64,000 nt of DNA from a virus. Lineage: Duplodnaviria > Caudoviricetes. A program made the position numbers and the translations under genes. Under the pieces are notes generated by a model. It ran no database searches. It saw only the letters and a list, made by a program, of their open reading frames with translations, and was not told the DNA's origin. Where the stretch lies: the IMG/VR virus record IMGVR_UViG_3300025437_000009. The stretch is one strand, 5' to 3'. Shown here piece after piece: positions 27,856-37,266 of this stretch (within the stretch, counting starts at the first letter, position 1; each line of letters opens with the position of its first letter).

Positions 27856-28380
27856 TTATTTTAAAAATTCTTCAATTGGAAGATCGTAGTACAATGAATT
27901 AATTTTATGTACGCCTAACAAGTATAATACATAACTTGCAACACTTGATCCACGGCCTAATCCCCATACTACATTATTTAATCTCATTGTATCTACAAAA
28001 TATTTTAAATATTTCAAAAGATTAAACAGATCTCGTTCTTGATACAATAGTAGCTCTTTACCAACTCTTTGTAATTCCTCTTCAGTTTTGCACTGATCCA
28101 AAATATATTGGGCAATATCTAAAGTTTTGTATTCCTCGGGCATGTACCAATCAGCCTGCTGTGCTTGATCAAATAATTCAAGGGATATTTCTTCTTTAGC
28201 ATCTAAAGGAAGATATTTCTTTAATTTTGGTAAATCAGAAAACATTTTGCCGTGGCTAGCATTATATTCTTCTGGATCATCTACATAAAATAAATTTAGA
28301 TCCAAGTTGGGATTTTTATACAGTAGGTCGCACAGTTCATCAGTGTTGCAATGAGCTTGTCCGTATTTGTCGTAATTCAT
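27856..28380 (-). CDS. dnaE: DNA polymerase III alpha (DnaE) stand-alone N-terminal fragment
   Basis: RV..EL..Y, GLGRGSSVASYVLYLLGV..I..L.YDL..EEFL matches DnaE GPGRGS..GSLV.Y.LGIT.IDPL...L.FERFL. Confidence 0.75.
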   Translation of the reverse strand: MNYDKYGQAHCNTDELCDLLYKNPNLDLNLFYVDDPEEYNASHGKMFSDLPKLKKYLPLDAKEEISLELFDQAQQADWYMPEEYKTLDIAQYILDQCKTEEELQRVGKELLLYQERDLFNLLKYLKYFVDTMRLNNVVWGLGRGSSVASYVLYLLGVHKINSLYYDLPIEEFLK

Positions 28381-28628
28381 TGAATGTCAATAATGTTCTT
28401 AAAGTTCTTAGAATTTTTTTCTATGGTCTGTTGCATGTCCGCCATGGCCTTTTGATTACGATTGCTGATTTCTTCCTGATAATCTTGCAATAACATTTGT
28501 ATTTGACCAACAACGTCTGATCGTCCAAACCGATGAGCTGCATTTAACTGCGAGACCAATTTACCATAATTGGTATTGAGTTCGTCTTGTGTTAGTTTAG
28601 TTAAGTCTGGCGCTAAAGGATGTCCCAT
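28377..28628 (-). CDS. hypothetical protein (83 aa)
   Basis: ORF with SD behind a sigma70-like promoter. Confidence 0.6.
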   Translation of the reverse strand: MGHPLAPDLTKLTQDELNTNYGKLVSQLNAAHRFGRSDVVGQIQMLLQDYQEEISNRNQKAMADMQQTIEKNSKNFKNIIDIQ

Positions 28629-28645
28629 ACATTCTCCAAAATAAA

Positions 28646-28683
28646 ACTCCTTACATAATTATATAGCAATTTGTGTAAGGAGT
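28646..28683 (-). terminator. terminator after structural genes, overlapping a sigma70-like promoter
   Basis: 10-bp inverted repeat ACTCCTTACA/TGTAAGGAGT followed by a U-rich tract. Confidence 0.55.
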
Positions 28684-28704
28684 CAATGAGTTTATGGTTT
28701 ATTA

Positions 28705-29958
28705 TTACCAAGTGGCTATATTTGCCCGTTTCCAATTATTTGGTCCTAAACAAATATAGATATAATTAGCATCATATGAAATTTGTCCAGTTACACCGCC
28801 GGCTGTATGGCTAGATGGCACATAGGTGTTTGCAGTGATTACGTTGCTGAAAAACTTAACACTTTGGTCATTTTCAATACCAATTGCTTGATTAATTTTA
28901 TTGGCGCTTTGACCACCGTCATCGGCAGTAAAGAATGCAATGTTACCGCCCAATCCATAGGCTACATTAGAACCTGTAGCAAAAAAATCAATACTTGCTA
29001 CCTGTTGGAATACATTACCAGTTCCTGCAGAACCTGTGTAGGCCAGGCCATTTACATATCCTAGTAAATCACCGGAATGAACTGGTTGTATATAACTAGG
29101 AGTAATCAAATTACCACGTGCACCTGTTACAGAGTAACCACCAATACTGCCTGTGTCAAACTGTGTATAGGCCACGTTGGCCAATTGAATATTACCAACA
29201 GCAACAGAGTTAAAACTACCTAGTGAGCTAACGCTGTCTTGTCCTTGCTCCAAAGCCATTGCTGTTTGGAATCCTGTACCATAGTTGATCATTAGAGTTG
29301 AATTGACTTGATCGTTGTAGTACAGTTTGGGATCACGAAGACTTGCACGATTACGTGTAACGTCAAAGATTAAATAGTCAGCACCACTATTGATTGAACT
29401 TATATCAAAAATGTAATTTCCTGGCGCATCAAAAGTAATTTGTTGTGTTGCAACATTGTAGCCAGCAATATCAGCAACCGCAATGTCAACGTTTGATGGT
29501 AGAGTAATAGTATGGGTTACATTGGTTACAACAATCCACACACGCATGACACCGTAACCAACTGCTCCAGTACCTACAGTGGTTGGCCAGTTAATAAAAT
29601 TTAGTGTAACAGGTCCAGCAGTTGTGATCTTTTGAAAGTTTGCACCAGTATTAGATGCAGTACTACCAAAGTCTAAGGTTGCAGTACCATTTACTGCTCC
29701 TAAATCCAAATAGCTTTGAGTCCAAGCACTTAACTGTGGACGACGGATCTGTGTACCCGCCATATCGTTATTCAAAGTTTGACCGTTAAGCGCAGTAGTT
29801 ACCAGAGCTTTAGTCTGCAGATCTGAGATTTCATTTTCTGCTGCTATAAAGTTGTTTTGTATGTTAGTAAAGTTATCACGAAAACCCTGACTGGAATTGT
29901 CTTGGCCTGCAATCGGGAATGTTCCGTCTACTGAGTATGGGTTAATATTTGATGCCAT
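28705..29958 (-). CDS. virion structural protein (tail/baseplate-associated)
   Basis: beta-rich; N-terminal PIAGQDN..QGFR.NF motif; C-terminal G.ISYD.NYIYIC....WKR. Confidence 0.6.
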   Translation of the reverse strand: MASNINPYSVDGTFPIAGQDNSSQGFRDNFTNIQNNFIAAENEISDLQTKALVTTALNGQTLNNDMAGTQIRRPQLSAWTQSYLDLGAVNGTATLDFGSTASNTGANFQKITTAGPVTLNFINWPTTVGTGAVGYGVMRVWIVVTNVTHTITLPSNVDIAVADIAGYNVATQQITFDAPGNYIFDISSINSGADYLIFDVTRNRASLRDPKLYYNDQVNSTLMINYGTGFQTAMALEQGQDSVSSLGSFNSVAVGNIQLANVAYTQFDTGSIGGYSVTGARGNLITPSYIQPVHSGDLLGYVNGLAYTGSAGTGNVFQQVASIDFFATGSNVAYGLGGNIAFFTADDGGQSANKINQAIGIENDQSVKFFSNVITANTYVPSSHTAGGVTGQISYDANYIYICLGPNNWKRANIATW

Positions 29959-29969
29959 TTTTTATCCTG

Positions 29970-30299
29970 TTAACTTATTACCACATTGCCCCAGCGACCT
30001 AGGTGTGAAGTATATGCTTGTACGTTGCCGTAGGTAGTATTATAAACTAACATACCATTGCCTGGTGATGCAATAGATGATACCTGAGACTGTGTTAGAC
30101 TAGCTAACTGCACGACAGTTGCAAATACTCCAGTTTGAAGAGTTGCAACATTGGCCTGAAGGGCTGTGATTTCCGAAGCAGCCTGTGTTAGATTATTTTT
30201 TATGTTAGTAAAATTTGTTCTAAAACCCTGTGTGTCATTATCCTGACCTGCGATTGGGTAGGTAATATCAATGTTTGTTGGATTGATCAGCGATGTCAT
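29970..30299 (-). CDS. small virion structural protein, N-terminal paralogue of 28705..29958
   Basis: shared INP..ID.T.PIAGQDN..QGFR.NF.NI.NN. Confidence 0.6.
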   Translation of the reverse strand: MTSLINPTNIDITYPIAGQDNDTQGFRTNFTNIKNNLTQAASEITALQANVATLQTGVFATVVQLASLTQSQVSSIASPGNGMLVYNTTYGNVQAYTSHLGRWGNVVIS

Positions 30300-33200
30300 T
30301 AATTAAATACTCCATATTGTGGGAATTTAACATATTTATCCTCTGTTCCTGGAGCATAGTAAGTATCTCTATTACTAAAGAATTTAGTAGTGCCGCCATT
30401 AAACGTAGTTTTAGCAGATCTTGCAACACTAGAATACTGTAGTTTATAAACAGTATACGCAGGAACAGTTTGTCCAATAACCAATATTGAATTATAGTAT
30501 AAAATAGCACTTGCATAGGTACCACCAAACAGCACACGAACACGCTGATTGGGTTGTATTTCTTGAACAAAAACTAAATTTATAATATCATTAATAATAT
30601 CAACTCGCCACACTCCACCTCGTTCATTGACTGCACTAGTACCCTGAGCCTTTTCTAAATATCCTGGTATAACGGTATATTCATCGAATCCTTCACCATC
30701 AAAACCTGCATTGTGTCCAGTGTTTATATTTCCTCCACTGTAGGCGTCAATATAATTTACCCAACCGTCATATGGGCCACCGTTAATAAAATTTTCTTGT
30801 TGTACAAATATCAGAGTATCACCAGACTGGAAATTAGTAATTCCATCTAAACCGCCATTGGCAATGACATATTCAACAGAACGGCCATTGATTTGATCAA
30901 ATGGTACTCCGAATATACCGTAGTCAACAGTGGCAGTTATGGTTCCAATATTTTGATTTGGTAGTGCATCAAATGTAGTTTCTCTACCTAAGATATATCT
31001 GTCAGTTGCAGTATCGAAGTTAGTGGTGTAGAAATCATCTAACAAGTATCGGTCAACGGTAAATTCAATATTATTAAAATTAATACCAGCGTTACGTAGT
31101 CTATAAGCAATCAAATTACTTGCACCTGGATTAGTATAGGCCAAGACCACTGCTCGAGTATAACCCAGTGGATTGTTAAATGTATTTGCAGTTGATCCAA
31201 GTTGGTTACTGGTCATCCATTCTGGTAAACTACTTTGATCATAATATCCCACACCTTCAGCTAATCGATCGATCATATTTTGGCTACTGTTGGGGTAAAC
31301 AATCTTAAAGGTATTACCGGCAGCGTCAACGTAAGGATTAGCAATAGTATTAGTTAAATTAATTTCTAGTGCTGGACCATTGCCAGCACTATTCAATTCA
31401 GGATCAATGACATCAATGTAGATAACTTCATACTTTACCTGATAGTTTTCATCTAGGACCACGGCTGTTTTTATGTCACCAAAATTATAAGTTTTAGTCC
31501 AATGATTTTCTACGATTGCGTTAGCATAGGTAGCTAAATCACTAGGTTTTAATCCTGGTAAGAACAACATGTCAATGCTTTGTTGTATACCAAACCATGG
31601 ATCTTCAGGTCTGTAAATTAAGCTAGGAACAAAAATTTCTGTATTTGATACCACACTATTGAATATTTGTCTTTGATCAAAAGCTGGCATTGCACGTAGA
31701 TATAAATTGTCGTAGGGTTCTATATCAACAACATCCAGTGTAACTTTAAATTCTTTAGTGGAGCTAACAGAACCGTCAGTAGCAGCAACCTGCACAGTAA
31801 AATTGTACACACGGTCAATGGTTAATGTATTGTTGTCAAATGTTGTTGCATAGTCGTCAACACTAAATGCTTCAAAACTTACACGACCTGAAATATCACC
31901 GCTAGGCAATAATTCTAATCCCTGTGGTAATCTAATAGGAACATAGGCTTTGTCTAATAGTGTGTAGACTAATTCTTTTCCAGCAACGCTAACCGCCTCT
32001 ACAGCTAATTCGCTTACACTACCATTGACAATAGTACCAAGATCACTTGGAGTTATCCAGTTAATTATATTATTAACATCTCCAAGAACGGGTAGGGTGA
32101 CAAAGTCTGGTGTGCTATAATATGTTTGTCCGTTAACAGTTTTGCTAACTAACACCCCAAATTGATAGGTTTTATATGCTTCAGTCTGAGTAGACAATTG
32201 ACCATATATCCAACCTGTGCTAGAATCTAAAGCTAGTCCGGGCAAGTTTGAAATGGCCACGTTTGCGCTGTTATAACTGTCAAAGCCAACACCACCACGA
32301 TTTTGATCAATCGGAGTTAAATCTTCAGTCGGGGATCCGTTGGTACCAGTACCGCCATAATCAAAACCGTTGTCGTAGCCTACAACCTGTGTATCAAAAG
32401 TTCCTATACTGTTAAACACTGAATAGGTAAGTGTGGCATTTTGAAAATCGTAACCATCAAATTTAAACGCATAGTAACTACCAGCACGTCCTGTTGGTAA
32501 TGTACTGACGTTGGCATTAAGTATTACTGGCAGATAAACGTTACCACTGTCAGCAGTTAGATAAGAATTATCAACTGTAGTTTGACTATTGTCTGCACTA
32601 AAACTATTACGAGCGGTTACGTTAAGAATGTAATTTTGTAAATTATAGTTAACGCCGTCAAACGCTCGAATAGTAAAATTGTAACTAGCAGATTGATTTA
32701 CCTCAGTGAAATCATATGGTGCTAGGCTGTTGTAATCATATTCTTGTAACTCAGTACCGGATGCTATGTATTGACTAGCTGTTCCAGTACCAGTACCGGC
32801 GCCTGTGGCTGTAAAGATTGTACCTAGATTATTATTTGTCGCACCAATTAGAGTAAAATCTGTTGTTCCTACAGTTTGTATCTGATAGTTTATTCCAGTA
32901 ACAAATTTACCAGCAGGTATCACTATGTTGTATAGAGCTACTGTACCAGTGCCGGTTCCAGCACCTGTGGCATAAAAAATTTGACCCACTTTATTAATAC
33001 TTGCACCTACCAAAGTAAAATCTGTAGATCCAAGACTGGTAATTTGATATACTACATTGGCAGTTAATGCACCAGCAGTGATAACGCTGACCTGTGCTGA
33101 ACCATCATAGCCAGCTGGCCCAAATTGCCCAACCAATTGATTTGGCTGTATGTATCCACTGAGTAAACCTGTAGAACTTAGGGTAATTCCTGGAGGTAAA

Positions 33201-33937
33201 GATCCAACGTTTGACCAAGTTATACTTACGTTAGGATTTAGTTCGTTAACCACTAACTGTTGTTGATAGTAACTTCCATCAAAGAAACTGCCAAGATAAC
33301 TATTCTTAGGTTGGATGGTTGGTCCATATACGTTTGTGATTGTTAGACTAAATGCACGATCGCGAACATGTCCTAGGCTGTTTGTAGCACGAATGGTAAA
33401 TCGAAATGTTTCGGATGTATCAACTGCAATGGAATTTAATAGCGTCGGAACACCCTGTAGGTATCCTTTGCTAACAACCTGCATACCAGGTGGCAGTTGT
33501 CCAGAAATAAAACTAAAGGAAGTTGTGACATTAGCAGAAGTTTCTGTGACTTCTAGTGGCAATTGATAAAATTCGCCGTTGGGTACTGTTCCTAAAGTTC
33601 CGGCCGGAGTCACCCATGCAAAGTCACTATTGACATTGTTGGTAATAATTATTGAAAATTGTTGATCGGCCGGAGTAGCTCCTGCGGCACTGGTTGCACG
33701 CACAACAAAAGTATATGTTTGTGTGGTAAAATATGTATTAGTGGTTGTTGGAGTTCCGCCGAGTCTACCTTGACTAGATAGTGTTAACCCAGTAGGTAAT
33801 GATCCGCCGATAACCTGGTAGGTTATAGTGTCACTGGAGTTATCTGGGTTATAGGCCAGCAACGCTTCGGTAAACGCGAATCCAACGAATAAATTTGCAA
33901 GATTACCCGGTGGAGTTACCCAACTTAATTGTGCCAT
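30299..33937 (-). CDS. 1212-aa putative Ig-domain (He_PIG-like) baseplate/tail protein
   Basis: repeated G.LP.GL.L.S.G.L.G.P and F.V.A Ig repeats. Confidence 0.7.
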   Translation of the reverse strand: MAQLSWVTPPGNLANLFVGFAFTEALLAYNPDNSSDTITYQVIGGSLPTGLTLSSQGRLGGTPTTTNTYFTTQTYTFVVRATSAAGATPADQQFSIIITNNVNSDFAWVTPAGTLGTVPNGEFYQLPLEVTETSANVTTSFSFISGQLPPGMQVVSKGYLQGVPTLLNSIAVDTSETFRFTIRATNSLGHVRDRAFSLTITNVYGPTIQPKNSYLGSFFDGSYYQQQLVVNELNPNVSITWSNVGSLPPGITLSSTGLLSGYIQPNQLVGQFGPAGYDGSAQVSVITAGALTANVVYQITSLGSTDFTLVGASINKVGQIFYATGAGTGTGTVALYNIVIPAGKFVTGINYQIQTVGTTDFTLIGATNNNLGTIFTATGAGTGTGTASQYIASGTELQEYDYNSLAPYDFTEVNQSASYNFTIRAFDGVNYNLQNYILNVTARNSFSADNSQTTVDNSYLTADSGNVYLPVILNANVSTLPTGRAGSYYAFKFDGYDFQNATLTYSVFNSIGTFDTQVVGYDNGFDYGGTGTNGSPTEDLTPIDQNRGGVGFDSYNSANVAISNLPGLALDSSTGWIYGQLSTQTEAYKTYQFGVLVSKTVNGQTYYSTPDFVTLPVLGDVNNIINWITPSDLGTIVNGSVSELAVEAVSVAGKELVYTLLDKAYVPIRLPQGLELLPSGDISGRVSFEAFSVDDYATTFDNNTLTIDRVYNFTVQVAATDGSVSSTKEFKVTLDVVDIEPYDNLYLRAMPAFDQRQIFNSVVSNTEIFVPSLIYRPEDPWFGIQQSIDMLFLPGLKPSDLATYANAIVENHWTKTYNFGDIKTAVVLDENYQVKYEVIYIDVIDPELNSAGNGPALEINLTNTIANPYVDAAGNTFKIVYPNSSQNMIDRLAEGVGYYDQSSLPEWMTSNQLGSTANTFNNPLGYTRAVVLAYTNPGASNLIAYRLRNAGINFNNIEFTVDRYLLDDFYTTNFDTATDRYILGRETTFDALPNQNIGTITATVDYGIFGVPFDQINGRSVEYVIANGGLDGITNFQSGDTLIFVQQENFINGGPYDGWVNYIDAYSGGNINTGHNAGFDGEGFDEYTVIPGYLEKAQGTSAVNERGGVWRVDIINDIINLVFVQEIQPNQRVRVLFGGTYASAILYYNSILVIGQTVPAYTVYKLQYSSVARSAKTTFNGGTTKFFSNRDTYYAPGTEDKYVKFPQYGVFN

Positions 33938-33938
33938 G

Positions 33939-36371
33939 TTATAGTATTACCGCTTCAATAGTTTTTAGACCATCTGTTAAATCTGTTTCAAGTGCTTTAG
34001 CAAACACCGCTGGTCCATAAGTACGATCATTACCTACGCTAGCAGCATATCCTGGAGCAGTTGATGTAACCAGTAAATCGCCTTTAGTAACTGGTCCAAT
34101 AACTTGACATGGAACACGTCCGCGTAAAGCCAATGGTAAACCACCGTTAGCACCATTCATTAAGTATGCAGGATTTGTAGATATTGCACCAGCTACACGT
34201 GTATCGGCAAATGTTGTGGTTACAGTAATTTCTTTGTTGCCGCCAAATACCACAACAGTACCCGGTGCATATTCTTCGTCACCTAAATAGTTTTCTGCCA
34301 AGTCCGCATATTGTGCGTGAACTGCTGTACCATAAATGCTGTTAAACCAACTTGTACTAGAACCAATATTTTGTGTTACATTTCCAGCTGGGGTAATATT
34401 ACCAACAGTAATATTTGCTAGAGTCAATGGAGTTGTAGTTGATGCGCCACGACCTGTTACTGTAGCTAGGTTACTTGTGGTATTAACTGTAACAGTCTGC
34501 CCACTTGCTGTAGTACTGATGTCAGTACCACCAGCTATAGCCAAAGATTGTGTTAGTAATGCAACACTACCAGTACCCGATGTTCCCGATATACCTAATG
34601 ATGTAGCAACAGCAACATTAGAAGCACTAAGGATACGACCTTTACTGTCAGTAGTAAATGTAGCGATAGATGAGGCATTACCATAAGTTCCAGCAGTAAC
34701 CCCGGTTGTAACTAAGTTTAATCCAACTGTTCCGCCATTGGGAACGTTGGCTGAAATTTCTGTTGTGTTGGCAATACTAGTTGAAACATAAGCAGTTCCA
34801 TTTGCAAATCTGTAGTTATTGGTATAAACAGATGCCACTGCTAAGTTGGCTGATGCGCTAACACCTGTAATATTTGGTTGATTGGCAGTTAATATAGTAC
34901 CCTGTAGATTGGCATTGACCTGGCTGACTGTTAAGTTACCAGCTGTAATGTTACCAGTAGCATTTAACGTATTAACTGTAACAACACCGGGGGTAGAAAT
35001 ATTACCAGCTGAGATATTTCCTGAACTAGAAATACCACTGTTAATTTCCATGCCAGCAGCAATGATATTAGCTGAAGTATAGATATTACCTGTAGTGGTA
35101 ATGCCAGTATTAATTACTGTACCAGCCGTGACTACAAACGAAGCATTAACGTTGCCTTGAGTAACGATACCTGAAGTATTAGTGATATAACCAGTACTGT
35201 TTAAATTGCCTGCAATGTTTGCACCACCTGAAGTAACGATCAGTGGAGCACCAGTTACACCGGATCCACTGATAAACACAGCCGCAGCACCAACAGATGT
35301 TGAAACCTGTAGTTGATTTAGTGTACCAACTGAAGTAATATTTGGTTGAGCCGCAGTTTGAACAGTTCCGTATAGAGGACCGACTAAAGCACCTGCGGTT
35401 ACGTTACCGGCAATACCTGCTCCACCGTAGGATAAGATCAGTGCACCAGTTGATGTACTTGTACTTACAGTACCGTTGGTAATAATTACCGGAACGTTGA
35501 ATACGTTACCACCACCGTAGATATTTGAAGCACCTGGAGTATTAGTTGTTAAGACCTGATAACCACCAGTGTATATTGTTCCTGATACTACAGCATTACC
35601 ACCAGTATATAAGTCACCTGCAATACCTGTACCACCAGCAACAGTTAATGCACCAGTTGAAGGACTAGTTGCAGGAGTGGTATTGCTTAAGAAAGCACTA
35701 CCAAACTGCACATTACCATAAACACCACCAGCAACAATATTGTTGCCTTTGGTAGCATCGATCGGAGTTATTTTATAGATAAAGTTATTAGTTGTGTATT
35801 GGTGACCAAAGAATGTGTAGGTATTGCTGGTATAATCGTTGGTAATATTTCCAAAAATACCAACGTCTTGTGTATCACCGCCTGGATTAATGTTAGCGTG
35901 AATTTCGAATAGTCCAGCTGATGTTGAACTAGTAACCTGTGTAGTACTAACAGTGGTTTGAACATACAAATTAGCGAAAGGAAATGCTTGGCTACCAAGA
36001 TTATATACACCACCCACAGTAGGAATAATGCTACCAGCAATGTATAAATTGCCATTTAGATTGGTGGTGCCATTGCTGTATAATCCTGTGGCCGCAATCA
36101 CGTTACCGGCGGTTGAGTTGCCTGTAAAGTTAGATACTGTACCTGTTGCATTAGCAACAAATAAATTAGCAATATTAGCAAAATTAAGGTTAGTATTGAT
36201 GCTGACATTGGCGTTTAACCAATCTTGATTGGGGTTTCCTAACTGTGTTGAAATGTTAGCAAAATTGCTGTCAACTTTGATAAAAGCAGTACGAATAACG
36301 TCGCCTGTGCCATCGTTGGGATTTGTACCAACACCAACCGGGTTATATTCTGAATTGTTCCAAAATGCCAT
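33939..36371 (-). CDS. tail fibre/spike with T4 gp9/10-like N-terminus and C-terminal autoprocessing chaperone (peptidase G2-like)
   Basis: VGTNPNDGTGD.IRTAF.K.D.NF; YADLAENY...GTVVVFGG...ALRGRVPC.V.GPV.KGDLLV. Confidence 0.75.
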   Translation of the reverse strand: MAFWNNSEYNPVGVGTNPNDGTGDVIRTAFIKVDSNFANISTQLGNPNQDWLNANVSINTNLNFANIANLFVANATGTVSNFTGNSTAGNVIAATGLYSNGTTNLNGNLYIAGSIIPTVGGVYNLGSQAFPFANLYVQTTVSTTQVTSSTSAGLFEIHANINPGGDTQDVGIFGNITNDYTSNTYTFFGHQYTTNNFIYKITPIDATKGNNIVAGGVYGNVQFGSAFLSNTTPATSPSTGALTVAGGTGIAGDLYTGGNAVVSGTIYTGGYQVLTTNTPGASNIYGGGNVFNVPVIITNGTVSTSTSTGALILSYGGAGIAGNVTAGALVGPLYGTVQTAAQPNITSVGTLNQLQVSTSVGAAAVFISGSGVTGAPLIVTSGGANIAGNLNSTGYITNTSGIVTQGNVNASFVVTAGTVINTGITTTGNIYTSANIIAAGMEINSGISSSGNISAGNISTPGVVTVNTLNATGNITAGNLTVSQVNANLQGTILTANQPNITGVSASANLAVASVYTNNYRFANGTAYVSTSIANTTEISANVPNGGTVGLNLVTTGVTAGTYGNASSIATFTTDSKGRILSASNVAVATSLGISGTSGTGSVALLTQSLAIAGGTDISTTASGQTVTVNTTSNLATVTGRGASTTTPLTLANITVGNITPAGNVTQNIGSSTSWFNSIYGTAVHAQYADLAENYLGDEEYAPGTVVVFGGNKEITVTTTFADTRVAGAISTNPAYLMNGANGGLPLALRGRVPCQVIGPVTKGDLLVTSTAPGYAASVGNDRTYGPAVFAKALETDLTDGLKTIEAVIL

Positions 36372-36380
36372 AGCTTAATA

Positions 36381-36414
36381 ATCCTATATATACGTTATTT
36401 ATCGTATATAGGAT
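36381..36414 (-). promoter_or_regulatory. late promoter in the loop of an SD-occluding hairpin
   Basis: ATCCTATATACG-ATAAATAA-CGTATATATAGGAT, 9 nt before the ATG. Confidence 0.65.
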
Positions 36415-36447
36415 CTAGCCGGCTTTGTCGGGAATTAAGTGGGTATA

Positions 36448-36993
36448 TTATAAACGACGATTAACGGCGTCCCAGTCAATGATACGCCAAATGTTGTCTA
36501 AATATTTTTCTTTGTTTGCATGATAGTCTAGTGACCAAGCGTGTTCCCACCAGTCTACTAGTAAGGCTATATCAGTGCGTTTTGCATGATTACGAATTGT
36601 TTTAATCTGTCCGGATTTACTGAGATAAATCCAACCAGATCCTTGAATCTTCATTGCTTCTGTTTTGAAGTTCTTTTTAAAGTCTACAAAGTTTGTGTGA
36701 TGTCGATTAATAATATCAAGTATAGTGCCACGAGGACGGCTTACCCCCGGGTTCTTGAATTGACTAAAGTAGATGCCGTGCAAGTATGCACCTGCTTCGT
36801 TGAATCCACGATCACCTTCATGTTTGTTGAAACGATCAACATACCCTTTATACAACTTGCCATAGTGATAGTCGATAGTTGCCGAGCTCATCACTGGACT
36901 TAAAGCAGTTTTAGAATAGGGCAGTTTAATTTGCTCTAGTGTGCCTTTTTCTTTTGCTTCTAGGAGGTCTAGTGTTTGTCTTATATCAGTCAT
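36448..36993 (-). CDS. sod: Fe/Mn superoxide dismutase
   Basis: LPY...AL.P, YHYGK, LH..YF, GSGW.YL, DWWEHA...DY. Confidence 0.85.
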   Translation of the reverse strand: MTDIRQTLDLLEAKEKGTLEQIKLPYSKTALSPVMSSATIDYHYGKLYKGYVDRFNKHEGDRGFNEAGAYLHGIYFSQFKNPGVSRPRGTILDIINRHHTNFVDFKKNFKTEAMKIQGSGWIYLSKSGQIKTIRNHAKRTDIALLVDWWEHAWSLDYHANKEKYLDNIWRIIDWDAVNRRL

Positions 36994-36997
36994 ACTA

Positions 36998-37216
36998 TTA
37001 TTTATTGCGGTATACTACACGACCGCGGCTTAGATCATACGTCGACATTTCAACATCAACTCGATCACCTAATAATATGCGTATATTATTCTGTCTTAAC
37101 CTACCGCCGATCGTGGCAGTAATTTTGTGTCCATTTTCTAGTATTACACGAAACATAGCGTTTGGTAGAACTTCGTCTACTACTCCACTCATTTCAATTA
37201 TATCGTCTTTAGCCAT
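36998..37216 (-). CDS. infA: translation initiation factor IF-1
   Basis: [26 protein letters not shown]...G...N.IRIL.GD.V.VE.S.YDL.RGR.VYR. Confidence 0.95.
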   Translation of the reverse strand: MAKDDIIEMSGVVDEVLPNAMFRVILENGHKITATIGGRLRQNNIRILLGDRVDVEMSTYDLSRGRVVYRNK

Positions 37217-37266
37217 CCCAACCTTCAAAATATTTCATATATTATCTCCCTTACCGAGTATACTAT

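Noticed and set aside
27856-28380. Split-intein DnaE (cyanobacterial type)
   Set aside because: No intein N-terminal block (C/S-start) at the C-terminus, and the break lies in the palm rather than at the known split-intein site
32740-33080. Duplicated TDFTL.GA......F.ATGAGTGTGT segments in the Ig protein
   Set aside because: Ordinary internal repeat of a structural protein; no regulatory or mobile signature
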